Part shown: positions 1 through 9,000 of the stretch, one piece after another
How positions within the stretch are numbered: the stretch's first letter is position 1
How the letters are laid out: each line of letters starts with the position of its first letter
NCBI GenBank assembly: GCA_016875645.1
Contig: VGPE01000002.1
Coordinates: forward strand, 1-35,521
Length of the DNA: 35,521 bases
Source of the DNA: Chloroflexota bacterium
GTDB taxonomy: Bacteria; Chloroflexota; Limnocylindria; Limnocylindrales; CSP1-4
Reading direction: 5' to 3'
Notes under the pieces: generated by a model
What the model saw: the letters and a program-made list of their open reading frames with translations, nothing else
Databases searched by the model: none
Told to the model about the DNA's origin: nothing
Translations under genes and position numbers: made by a program

Positions 1-1491
1 GCCGTGGTGGCGGTCGTCGCGATCGTGGCGCTCCAGGCCGTCAATCATCCCGACCGCCTCTGGTCGCCCTACTACCGGATCGACTTCCTCGTTGATGGCC
101 GGCCACTCACGCACGTCATGGTCGACGGCATCCCCCACCAGGCGCTGTGGGACGCCGACACGCCCGACAAGGAGGAGTTCTACGAGCAGATCTATCGCTG
201 GTTCCCCGACCAGCGGTTCCCCAACGTTCTCGTGGTGGGCGCGGGCAGCGGCGTGGACCTGGCCGTCGCGCTGCGGGAGGGCGCGGAACGGATCGATGCG
301 GTGGAGATCGACCCCCGGATCCAGCAGATCGGAGTGGAGCGCAACCCCGACGGCGCCTACCTCGACTCACGGGTCAGCCGCCATGTCAACGACGGCCGGG
401 CGTTCCTGCGGACCACGGACCGACGCTACGACCTGGTCGTCTTCGCGCTCCCGGACTCTCTCACCCGGGTCAGCTCCCAGGCGGCACTGCGGCTCGAGTC
501 GTTCCTCTTCACCGAGGAGGCGTTGGCGTCGGTCCGCGACCACCTGGCTCCGGGCGGTGTCTTCGTCCTCTACAACTACTTCCGCGACCCATGGCTGATC
601 GCCAAGCTGTCCGGCATGCTCGAGCGGGCGTTCGGGCACCAGCCGCTCCTTCGGACGTACGCGTACAACCGCGCCGCGCTCGCTGCAGGACCCCTGGTGG
701 CAGCGCTGCCCGGCGGCACCCCGCCGGGCGACGCCGTCGATCCCGTGCCGACGGTGGGCGAGCCGGCACCACAGCCCGCCACCGACGGCTGGCCGTTTCT
801 CTACCTGCGAACGCCGTTCATCGCGCCCTATTACCTCGCGGCTCTGGCGGTGATCCTGGGGGTTGCCCTGGGCGTCGTCCTGGGCGCAGCCCGCGTCACG
901 TCCACGCCGATCCGCCGCTTCAGCCCGCACTTCTTCGTGCTGGGGATCGCGTTCCTGCTGCTCACCACGCGAAGCCTGGTCAGCTTCAGCCTGCTGTTCG
1001 GGACGACGTGGCTGGTGAACTCGATGGCGTTCTTCGCCATTCTCGCCAGCGTCCTGCTGGCCATCCTCGTCAACTCGCGCTGGCGCGTCCGAAACCCAGG
1101 GCCGTTCTATCTCGCGCTCTTCGCGTCGATCGCGGTGGCGTACCTCGTCCGGCCGGAGACGCTGCTGGTGGATCCGCCGTTCCTCCGGTACGCGCTCGCC
1201 GCGGCGCTGGCGTTCGCGCCGATCTTCTTCGCGAACCTCGTGTTCAGCCACTCGTTCCGCGACACAAGGACCGCCGACATGGCCTTTGCGAGCAACCTGC
1301 TGGGCGCGATGGTCGGCGGCGCGCTGGAGTACGTGGCCCTGCTCACGGGGTACAGCTTCCTGCTGGTGATCGTCGCCGGGCTGTATGTCCTGGCCTGGCT
1401 GTTCGCGAGCCGGTTGCGGGTCCTCGCCGATCGCGAGCTCGATGACTCCGGCCCCGCGGTCGAGCCGATCAACGAGGCGGCAACCGTCTGA
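1..1491 (+). CDS. Spermidine synthase-like (SAM/dcSAM Rossmann methyltransferase fold) domain fused to a polytopic membrane domain; 5' end cut by the window edge
   Basis: The frame is open to nt 1. Motifs VLVVGAGSGVDLAVAL and AVEIDPRI (GxGxG nucleotide loop plus acidic loop) and DGRAFL are present. The C-terminal ~200 aa are hydrophobic helices (LAALAVILGVALGVVLGAA, FFVLGIAFLLL, FFAILASVLLAILV, LLVIVAGLYVLAWLF). Confidence 0.7.
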   Translation, partial: AVVAVVAIVALQAVNHPDRLWSPYYRIDFLVDGRPLTHVMVDGIPHQALWDADTPDKEEFYEQIYRWFPDQRFPNVLVVGAGSGVDLAVALREGAERIDAVEIDPRIQQIGVERNPDGAYLDSRVSRHVNDGRAFLRTTDRRYDLVVFALPDSLTRVSSQAALRLESFLFTEEALASVRDHLAPGGVFVLYNYFRDPWLIAKLSGMLERAFGHQPLLRTYAYNRAALAAGPLVAALPGGTPPGDAVDPVPTVGEPAPQPATDGWPFLYLRTPFIAPYYLAALAVILGVALGVVLGAARVTSTPIRRFSPHFFVLGIAFLLLTTRSLVSFSLLFGTTWLVNSMAFFAILASVLLAILVNSRWRVRNPGPFYLALFASIAVAYLVRPETLLVDPPFLRYALAAALAFAPIFFANLVFSHSFRDTRTADMAFASNLLGAMVGGALEYVALLTGYSFLLVIVAGLYVLAWLFASRLRVLADRELDDSGPAVEPINEAATV

Positions 1492-1524
1492 TCCGGGCTG
1501 CAGAGAGCACCGACACCGTGCCGA

Positions 1525-2091
1525 TCAGCGCACAACGCGGTAGCGGAGATAGACGACCCTCGAGCTGAACGTACGGGTCTCAACGAGCTGGAGATCGACC
1601 CGCCGTTCGCTCCGGGGAAAGAACGGAATGCCACCGCCGACCAGCACCGGGTGGACCATGGCCCGGTATTCGTCGATCAGGCCCAGCCCGGCTGCCTCGG
1701 CGGCGAGCGTGGCGCCACCGATCGCGATGTCGCCCTCACCGGGCTCGGCCTGCAGCCGCTCGATCTCCTCCGCCAGCCCCCCGGAGGCGAGACGGGCGTT
1801 GCCCTGCACCGCGGAGAGCGTGCGCGAGAACACCACCTTCGGGAGCGGCTTCCAGAGCGCAGCCCACTCGAGCTCTGCCGCGTCGAGTGAATGTTCCCGG
1901 TCGGCGGTCTCCCAGTACAGCATCGTCTCGTACAGACGTCGCCCCATCAGGTGGACGCCGACCCCACGGATCTCGTCGATCCAGAAGCGGAAGACCTTCT
2001 CGTCGGGCACCGTCCAGTCGAACGCGCCGTCGGGCCCGACGATGTAGCCATCGACCGAGACGCCCATCGAATAGGTCACGTCGCGCACCAC
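1525..2091 (-). CDS. Dihydrofolate reductase family protein (RibD C-terminal domain-like)
   Basis: 188 aa. The N-terminus MGVSVDGYIVGPDGAFDW and the LMGRRLYETM and IAIGGATLAAEA motifs are typical of the RibD_C/DHFR-like family. AGGAGGA lies 4 nt upstream of the GTG start. Confidence 0.75.
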   Translation of the reverse strand: MVRDVTYSMGVSVDGYIVGPDGAFDWTVPDEKVFRFWIDEIRGVGVHLMGRRLYETMLYWETADREHSLDAAELEWAALWKPLPKVVFSRTLSAVQGNARLASGGLAEEIERLQAEPGEGDIAIGGATLAAEAAGLGLIDEYRAMVHPVLVGGGIPFFPRSERRVDLQLVETRTFSSRVVYLRYRVVR

Positions 2092-2289
2092 AGTTCCTCC
2101 TGGGGATCGGGGTCAAACGGACGGCCGCCCGGCAGGGCCCGGTGCAGCGCGCGGGCGGAGGGTTCGCTGAGTCATGGTGGACATGATGGCCCTGGGGCCC
2201 CGAGACGGCCGAAGATCGACGCCGCCCACCCGCAACCCTTGAACTTCGGCGCTGCCGGGTCACCCGGGAGGGCGCCTAGACTGCGCCTC

Positions 2290-2667
2290 ATGGCAGATGA
2301 GGCACGCGGCCCGGTGACCTCGATTGACGACTACCTCGCACGCTTGCCCGACGACCAGCGGTCCGCTCTCGAGGCTCTGCGCCAGGTCGTCCGTTCTGCG
2401 GCCCCCGACGCCACCGAGATGATCAGCTACCAGATCCCGACGTTCCGTCTGCACGGCCCGCTCGTCGGGTTCGCCGCGGCGCGCGGACATTGCACCTTCC
2501 ATCTCCTGGGCACCGCCGTCCTCGAAGCCCACGCCGCGGACGTCGCCGGGTATCCGACCGGGAAGGGTTCGATCCGCTTCCAGCCCGCTCAGCCGCTGCC
2601 GGCCGAGCTCGTCACGAAGCTGGTGCGGGCGAGGATCGCCGAGAACCTGCGGCTGCGAGGCCGCTGA
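2290..2667 (+). CDS. DUF1801 (YdhG-like) domain protein
   Basis: Within the 1891..2667 ORF, only the part from ATG 2290 (MADEARGPVTSIDDYLARLPDDQRSALEALRQVV...) has normal composition and the YdhG-like pattern (IDDYL...P...L..LR..I...P...E.ISY..PTF). The upstream part is antisense to the DHFR-like gene. Confidence 0.65.
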   Translation: MADEARGPVTSIDDYLARLPDDQRSALEALRQVVRSAAPDATEMISYQIPTFRLHGPLVGFAAARGHCTFHLLGTAVLEAHAADVAGYPTGKGSIRFQPAQPLPAELVTKLVRARIAENLRLRGR

Positions 2668-2741
2668 GCGCACGGCCCAGGCACGCATCGGCCACCGGCC
2701 AGGGATGCGAGCCATCCGGCCCGACCGTGGACAATCCGACC

Positions 2742-3926
2742 ATGCAGATCATCGCGGGCGCGCGGCTGCCGATCTACTCGTGGGCCGGCGAGGAGATCGA
2801 GGCCGAGGCGCTCCGCCAGGTTCTCAATCTCGGCAACCTCGAGATCGCGATCGACCACGTCGCGCTGATGCCGGATGCCCACTCGGGATTCGGGATGCCG
2901 ATCGGCGGGGTCCTGTTCACCGAGGGCGCGGTCGTGCCATACGCGATCGGCGTAGATATCGGCTGCGGCGTTGCGATCGCCCGGACGAATCTCGTCTGGG
3001 AGGACACGCTGACGCCCGAGAGGCTGCGCAACGTGCTGCGCCAGGTCCAGCGCGATGTGCCGACGGGGTTCAACGTCCACCGCCGGCCCCCCGTGACCCT
3101 CGACCGGCTGCTCGACCTCATGGGCCTTCCGGCCCCGTCAGGCGTGGCCCGGGGCTGGCTTGACCGCGCGCTCGTCTCACTGGGCACGCTCGGTGGCGGC
3201 AACCACTTCCTCGAGGTTCAGCGCGACGACGACAATCGGGTGTACTTCATGCTCCACTCGGGGTCACGCAACCTCGGGAAGCAGATCTGCGACTCGTTCG
3301 CCAAGCGAGCGCTGCAGGTCGACCGGGCCGCACGCCGCGACCTGCCCGACCCCGAGCTCGCCTATCTGCGCTTCGACGAGGACGAGGACGCCACTCGCTA
3401 CTGGGACGCGATGGCGTTCGCGCTTCGCTGGGCGGAGGTGAACCGGCGCCAGATGATGGACCGGGTCGAGGCCGCGTTCCGCAAGTACGCCTCCGTCCAC
3501 GCCTTCGAGCGGCTGGTAGACGTCCACCACAACTACGCCGCAACAGAGACCCACGGCGGGCGGCGCGGCATTGTCCACCGCAAGGGCGCCGTTCGCGCAG
3601 GTGCGGGCGACATCGTCCTGATCCCGGGGTCCATGGGCACCGCGTCGTACATCGGCGTGGGCCTCGGGAACCCGCTCGCCTTCGAGACCTGCCAGCACGG
3701 CGCCGGCCGCGTCATGGGCCGCAATGCCGCCAAGCGCCTCAAGTCGGCGGCGGAGGTGTTCGAAGAGATGGCCGGCTGGGGCATCGAGTTCATCTCCAAC
3801 GAGCCGAAGACCGCCGCCGAGGAAGCCGCCTTCGCCTACAAGGACATCGAGTCGGTGATGGCCCTGAGCGCCGACCTGGTGCGGCCCGTGACGCGCCTCC
3901 GGCCACTGGGCGTAGTCAAGGGCTGA
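2742..3926 (+). CDS. rtcB: RNA-splicing ligase RtcB (3'-phosphate/5'-hydroxyl RNA ligase)
   Basis: MQIIAG... with the hallmark metal/GTP-binding motifs MPDAHSGFGMPIGGV, DIGCG, GGGNHFLE, HSGSRNLG, HHNY and IPGSMGT, and the nucleophile-His context CQHGAGR. The start was chosen at ATG 2742; an in-frame GTG at 2727 is also possible. Confidence 0.9.
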   Translation: MQIIAGARLPIYSWAGEEIEAEALRQVLNLGNLEIAIDHVALMPDAHSGFGMPIGGVLFTEGAVVPYAIGVDIGCGVAIARTNLVWEDTLTPERLRNVLRQVQRDVPTGFNVHRRPPVTLDRLLDLMGLPAPSGVARGWLDRALVSLGTLGGGNHFLEVQRDDDNRVYFMLHSGSRNLGKQICDSFAKRALQVDRAARRDLPDPELAYLRFDEDEDATRYWDAMAFALRWAEVNRRQMMDRVEAAFRKYASVHAFERLVDVHHNYAATETHGGRRGIVHRKGAVRAGAGDIVLIPGSMGTASYIGVGLGNPLAFETCQHGAGRVMGRNAAKRLKSAAEVFEEMAGWGIEFISNEPKTAAEEAAFAYKDIESVMALSADLVRPVTRLRPLGVVKG

Positions 3927-3965
3927 CCACGACCCCGCGTGCGCCGTTGACCGGCCCTGCCCACG

Positions 3966-4760
3966 TCAGAGCGGGACTCGCGACAGGGCGAACGCGGCCA
4001 GGAACCCGAGCGCCGTGACGAGGCCCGCGAAGTCGTGGGCGACCTCGAAGGCCTCGGGGATCATCGTGTCCGCGATCATGGCCAGGATGGCGCCGGCGGC
4101 AAAGGCGGAGACGCCGGCGATCGCCGCGGAGTGCCAGCCGGACACGACCGTGTAGCCCGCGAAGGCGCACAGCGCGCAGACCGGGACGGTCAGCGCCCAG
4201 AGGCCTAGCACATCGCGCGCCGAGCGACCCGCGCGGCGCATCCCGACCGAGGCCGAGAGCGACTCGGGAATGTTGGACAGGAAGACGGCGATCACCGTGA
4301 CCGCGCTCATCACGCCCCCACCGACGAGCGAAAGGCCGATCGCGATCGACTCAGGGATGTTGTCGAGCATGGAGCCGATGGCGATCGAAGCGGGATTTGT
4401 GTCCGACCGGGCCTCCTCGGCGAGGCCCATCGCCCCGCCCGAACGCTTGCGGTGGCGGGCACCCATCCGGGCGAGCAGGAGGTTGGCGGCCGTGAACACA
4501 ATTGCGCCGAGCACAAAGCCGATCGCCGCGCCCCCGAAGCCGCCCCGTTGGTATGCCTCGTCCATGAGGTCGAAGGAGAGTGCCGAGATCAGGACGCCGG
4601 CCCCGAAGGCCATGATCGCGGCGATCAGACGGGCCGGCAGGTCGAGCAGATAGCCGATTGCGGCGCCGATCAGCAGCGCCGAGCCAGCGACGGCCCCCCA
4701 GAACGCGGCCTCGACTGCGGTCCCCACCGTACCGGATCGTAGCCGCCGCGCGATGATCAC
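3966..4760 (-). CDS. ZIP family divalent-metal transporter (ZupT-like)
   Basis: Polytopic and Gly/Ala-rich (GAVAGSALLIGAAIGYLL, AIMAFGAGVLISALSFDLMDEA, IAIGSMLDNIPESIAIG, FLSNIPESLSAS, a duplicated NIPES motif typical of ZIP/GufA). The longest ORF (to 4919) would overlap the divergent gene at 4779. GTG 4760 and GTG 4727 are candidate starts; the start is uncertain. Confidence 0.75.
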   Translation of the reverse strand: MIIARRLRSGTVGTAVEAAFWGAVAGSALLIGAAIGYLLDLPARLIAAIMAFGAGVLISALSFDLMDEAYQRGGFGGAAIGFVLGAIVFTAANLLLARMGARHRKRSGGAMGLAEEARSDTNPASIAIGSMLDNIPESIAIGLSLVGGGVMSAVTVIAVFLSNIPESLSASVGMRRAGRSARDVLGLWALTVPVCALCAFAGYTVVSGWHSAAIAGVSAFAAGAILAMIADTMIPEAFEVAHDFAGLVTALGFLAAFALSRVPL

Positions 4761-4778
4761 CGCGCGAGGAGGTGCGCC

Positions 4779-5525
4779 ATGCCCACGATCGAGGGGTTTG
4801 TCCGATCCATCAACCGCGATCTCGTTCCGCAGTTCGAGGAGCGGCTGCGCGCGATTCTCGCCGAACAGGACCGCGAGTGGCTGATCGACCAGATCGTCCG
4901 GCTCACTTTGGATCACCACAGCCTCGACGAGATCGACCGGCGCGTCGAGGTCGAGGCCAAGGCCCGGGCACGAGCCGACCGGCTAGAACGGGTGCGCGCG
5001 CTTTCGCTCGGCCACACGGCGCTTGACGCGTTCCTCGCCGAGTTCGGGGGCGTCACGCGCGACTGGCTGATCGACACGGGGTCGCTCCGCGCCGACGCGC
5101 CGGCCAAGGGCACGGCCCTCCTGGGCACGGCGCATCGCACCCCGAAGGGGGAAGATCTCCTGCGGCTCGCCAAGGACGTGCTGTTCGCGCTGCTCTTCGG
5201 CGACGACTCCACGAACACGCGCCTGGCACGCGTCCAGCAGGAACTCCTCACCATGGCGCTGCCACGGCCGAAGGCGGCCGCCCTCGACTTCATGCGAGCC
5301 TCCACCGAACTGGCGGCTGCCGGCACCTGGCAGGACCCCGAGTCGGTGTCGAGCGACGAGCGCGCCGACAACGTGCTGCTCGAAGTCCAGTTCGGCGAGA
5401 CCGCCGACGAGATCGTCGGTCGCGGGATCGTGGTTGCCCTCTCCCTGATCAACAACCTCGAGGTGAACGAGCAGGTGCTCTACGCGCGCATGGTCAACGT
5501 GGAGGAGTCGACGCTGATCGTCTGA
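4779..5525 (+). CDS. Hypothetical protein (248 aa, acidic, predicted helical); no family recognised
   Basis: ATG preceded by GAGGAGG with a 6-nt spacer. Amino-acid composition is normal, whereas the antisense ORF 4983..5813 is Arg/Ser-rich. No motif I can name. Confidence 0.6.
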   Translation: MPTIEGFVRSINRDLVPQFEERLRAILAEQDREWLIDQIVRLTLDHHSLDEIDRRVEVEAKARARADRLERVRALSLGHTALDAFLAEFGGVTRDWLIDTGSLRADAPAKGTALLGTAHRTPKGEDLLRLAKDVLFALLFGDDSTNTRLARVQQELLTMALPRPKAAALDFMRASTELAAAGTWQDPESVSSDERADNVLLEVQFGETADEIVGRGIVVALSLINNLEVNEQVLYARMVNVEESTLIV

Positions 5526-5547
5526 CGCCGCTAGCCTTGCCCGTCGA

Positions 5548-6069
5548 ATGACGACCGAGGCAGACGCGATGCGCTCAGAGCTCAACACGTTGCTCGCGCT
5601 GCTCGGCGTGCCGTACGAGCTCTTTCCGTGCGACCCGGCGCTCGTCGATACCGCGGCGTTCTGCGCGGCGTACGGCTTCGCGCTGGCGGATTCGGCGAAC
5701 ACCATCGTCGTGGTCGGCAAGGCCGAACCGCGCCGCTTCGCGGCGTGCGTCGTCCTCGCGACGCACCGCCTGGACGTCAATCGCTCGGTCCGGACGCGGC
5801 TCGGCACCCGCAAGGCGTCGTTCGCGGGCCCCGCCGAAACGCGCGAGCTGACCGGCCACGAGATCGGGGGCGTGACGGTGTTCGGGCTGCCACGCGACCT
5901 GCCGATCCTGGTGGACGCGGCGGTGATGGCGCGCGAGCGGATCGTGCTGGGCGGCGGGAGCCGGAGCTGGAAGGTGCTGGCGGCACCCGCAATTCTGCTC
6001 GCGCTGCCGAACGTGGCGGTCGTTGAAGGACTGGCCCAGCCGGCCGCACTGGTCGGCGAGGGGGCCTAG
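5548..6069 (+). CDS. YbaK/EbsC / prolyl-tRNA synthetase-associated (aminoacyl-tRNA trans-editing deacylase) domain protein
   Basis: 173 aa. The pattern ...IVVVGKAEPRRFAACVVLATHRLDVN...ASFAGPAETRELTGHEIGGVTVFGLP...ILVDAAV...IVLGGGSR is typical of the YbaK fold. Confidence 0.7.
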   Translation: MTTEADAMRSELNTLLALLGVPYELFPCDPALVDTAAFCAAYGFALADSANTIVVVGKAEPRRFAACVVLATHRLDVNRSVRTRLGTRKASFAGPAETRELTGHEIGGVTVFGLPRDLPILVDAAVMARERIVLGGGSRSWKVLAAPAILLALPNVAVVEGLAQPAALVGEGA

Positions 6070-9000
6070 ATGTTGAGGCGGGACACGCCGCCGTCGTAGA
6101 GGCCGGAGCCGGCGATGCCCGTCCCGTACGGATGGAGCAGCCACAGCGACCCGAATCCCACGGCAACGGCGAGGCTCTTCATCGTCACGGGCACGCGTGC
6201 CGCGACGCTGGCGCCTCGGACCTGGGCCAGGGTCGGCTCGCCGGCCATCGCCACGTAGACGCTCCCGCCCACCACCGCGATGCCCGCCGGGTCGAAGCCA
6301 ACCGCGACACGCTCGCGCGCCGAGTTGGTGGCCGGGTCGATGCGCACGATGGCGCCGCTCGCCGCGCGGTTCGGCCGGACCGACACCCAGATCCCATCTT
6401 CACCGGCGCCGAGATCGGCCACGAACGGCACCTCGATCTGGGCGACGATCTCGCCGGCCCGCGCATCGATGCGGGTGACGATCCCCTCCCCCGGGCTCGT
6501 CACCCAGACCGCTCCGTCGGCGAACACGATGCCGTAGGGATCGGCCGCCACGCCGATCATGTCGACCACTTCGCCGGTCTGCTGGTCGATCTTGAGGATG
6601 GCGTCCTCGCCTTCCAGCACGACCCAGACGGCACCTCCGCCGATGGCGATATTGCCCGGCCCGATTCCCACCTGGGAGGTCGCGACGACCTGGTTGGTCT
6701 GTGTGTCAATGCGGGTGAGAACACCGGACGCAAGATGCGTCACCCAGACCGTTGCCCCGTCCGAGGCAATGCCGGTGGGAAAGCCGGGCACCGCGATCGT
6801 CGCGGTCACCACGTTGGTCGCCGGATCGATCCGGGACACGGTGTCCTCGAAGATGTTCGTGACCCAGACGGCCGCACCGTCCACAGCGACCCCGGCGGCC
6901 TCTTCGCCGGTGGCGATGCGGGCCACCACGATCGGCCGGCTGACGAACGGTGCGCAGCGTGTGATTCCACCAGCGCGCAGCACGATCGAGAGCGTTGCTC
7001 CGGCGGTCGAAGCACGCCCGAGGGCCGCAATCTGCGCGGCCGACAACGGGATGGTGCTGGTGAGGATGCTCGCCGCCGTGGTGCGAACCGTGCGCAACCT
7101 GGCAACGCGCGGCCCGTTCGAGGCGCAGCTCTCGCGATGGATCGACACGCTCACTGCGCGCGAAGGGCCGAGGCCGCTCGCGTTCAGCGCCAGGACCGCC
7201 GTGCCGTTGGAGAATGAGGAGAACGACGCCGATCCTCCGCGGAACGTCGCGCCCCAGGACCGGTTCAGCAGGCCGACCGCCGCGCCCTGCACGTCGTAGC
7301 GGAACGTCTGGCTCCAAGCGCTGGCGGCCGCGCCGGGAGTCGCCACCGCTCGGGCGCGCACGTACCACTCGCCGGGTACGTCGAAGTGGTGCGGGAACTG
7401 CGCCTCGCCAGCGCTGTCAGTGGTGACCTCGACGCTTCGTTCGAGCATCCACGCCGTGCCGATCCGCTGGTGGACCGTGTATTCCACCCTCCCGCGCGGC
7501 AGGTCGGAGCGGGCCGGCCGGACGACGCTGTCGAAGACGACCAGCGTGCCCGCCTGCAGGACCTTGACCGGCTGCCTCACCGGGGCCGCGGCGATCGACG
7601 GCCGGACGGCGAGGCGCTGGTGGATGACAACCGAGACCGAGCCGCTCGCGACGGCCGTGCCCAGCGCGACCGCACGATAGCGGCGCGTCCCGGTCGGCGT
7701 CAGGCTGAGTTCGGCGGTCTCGCCGTCCGCGCTCACGGCGGAGCCGACCGGCAGCCAGTCACGTCCGTTCGTGGAGGCCTGGAACCAGACGAGGCGCCCG
7801 GCAGGGATCGCCGGCGCGAGGCTGGCGGTCAGCGTCACCCCTGCTGGCCAGGTCACCGACCGTTCGCTCGCGCTTAGCCCGACCGCTGTTGTGGCGGGAG
7901 TCCCGGTGCTGGGCTCGCCCAGGCGCAGCCGGCCGCTGCCGAACGTGTTGTTGGGGACCGGATCGCCCAGGGGAAGCGCCCGCCCGCGAAGCGCGACGGC
8001 CAGCTCGGTCGGGCCCATGGTCGGGTCAGCCTGGAGCGCCAGCGCCGCTGCCCCGGCCGTCTGTGGCGCGGAAGCACTGGTCCCACAGAACAGGCCGTAG
8101 GTCATGGTCGCCATGCAGTCGGCCGCGACCAGGTCGGGCTTGAGCCGGCCGTCCACCGTCGGCCCGCGCGAGCTGTAGGGCTCGATCACGTCGGGTGCCG
8201 ACTCCATGACCGCGCCCACCGTCACCATGCCCGGGTTGGCGCTGTCGGCCGGCGACGGCAGCGTCCCATCGACAACGCTGTACTGGAGCGCCAGCGGCCC
8301 CGAGGTGTAGATCAGGACCTGGAGACGCTCCGCCGGCTCGGCGTCATAGCGGCGGACGACGAGCTCATAGGTGGCTGAGGCCGGTGAAATGAAATCGAAG
8401 ATCTCGAATGGATCTCCGGCCCCAGTCTGGAAGTCACCCCCGACGGCCATCACGGTGTCGCCCGAGAAGAGCGCGATGTCGTAGTCGTTGGCGGACGCGC
8501 CCCATTCGTCCGGCCAGCGCATCGCCACGCGGATCTGCTGGCCCTGCTCGAGGTGAATCGTGTTCCCCTCGTCGCCCGGCGCCCAATCCAGGGTGTCGTC
8601 GCCGTCGGCGTCGATCCACGGCCCGGACCAGCCGGTGTCACCCTGGTTGCCCGCCGAGTTCACCCAGAGGGCGCCCAGATCCACCGCGAGGTCGACCTCT
8701 TCGTAGGTGGAATCGGGTGTGCCTGCGGTCCCATCGCCGGGCCCATCGAAGATATACCCCGAAACCGCGGACAAGTTGACGATCCGCACGCCCTCCGAGG
8801 TCATCCAGCGGATCGTGTCGCGGTAGTCGCTCGGCGATTCGGGGTCCGCGATGTAGAGCGTCGCGCCGGGCGCCATATCGACGACCAGCTCAGCTACGGC
8901 AGTGCCGTGGTCCACGCCGTTCTCGCAGTCGGCGAGGTCCGTTGTGAACATGCCGAACGCCCGGAAGCAGCGAGCGATGACGTTGGCAGGGATCTCGGTC

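Noticed and set aside
1891-2289. N-terminal ORF extensions (1891-2289 for DUF1801, 2490-2741 for rtcB, 18516-18662 for yajQ, 31188-31385 for asd, 12988-13329 for the MGMT-like gene)
   Set aside because: The extensions are Arg/Pro-rich, overlap neighbouring genes or intergenic regions, and precede the canonical family N-termini, which begin at internal ATG codons.
6066-6069. Convergent YbaK-like and S8 protease genes share a palindromic CTAG supplying both stop codons
   Set aside because: It is real in the sequence, but a trivial consequence of compact convergent genes. It only implies there is no room for a terminator between them.
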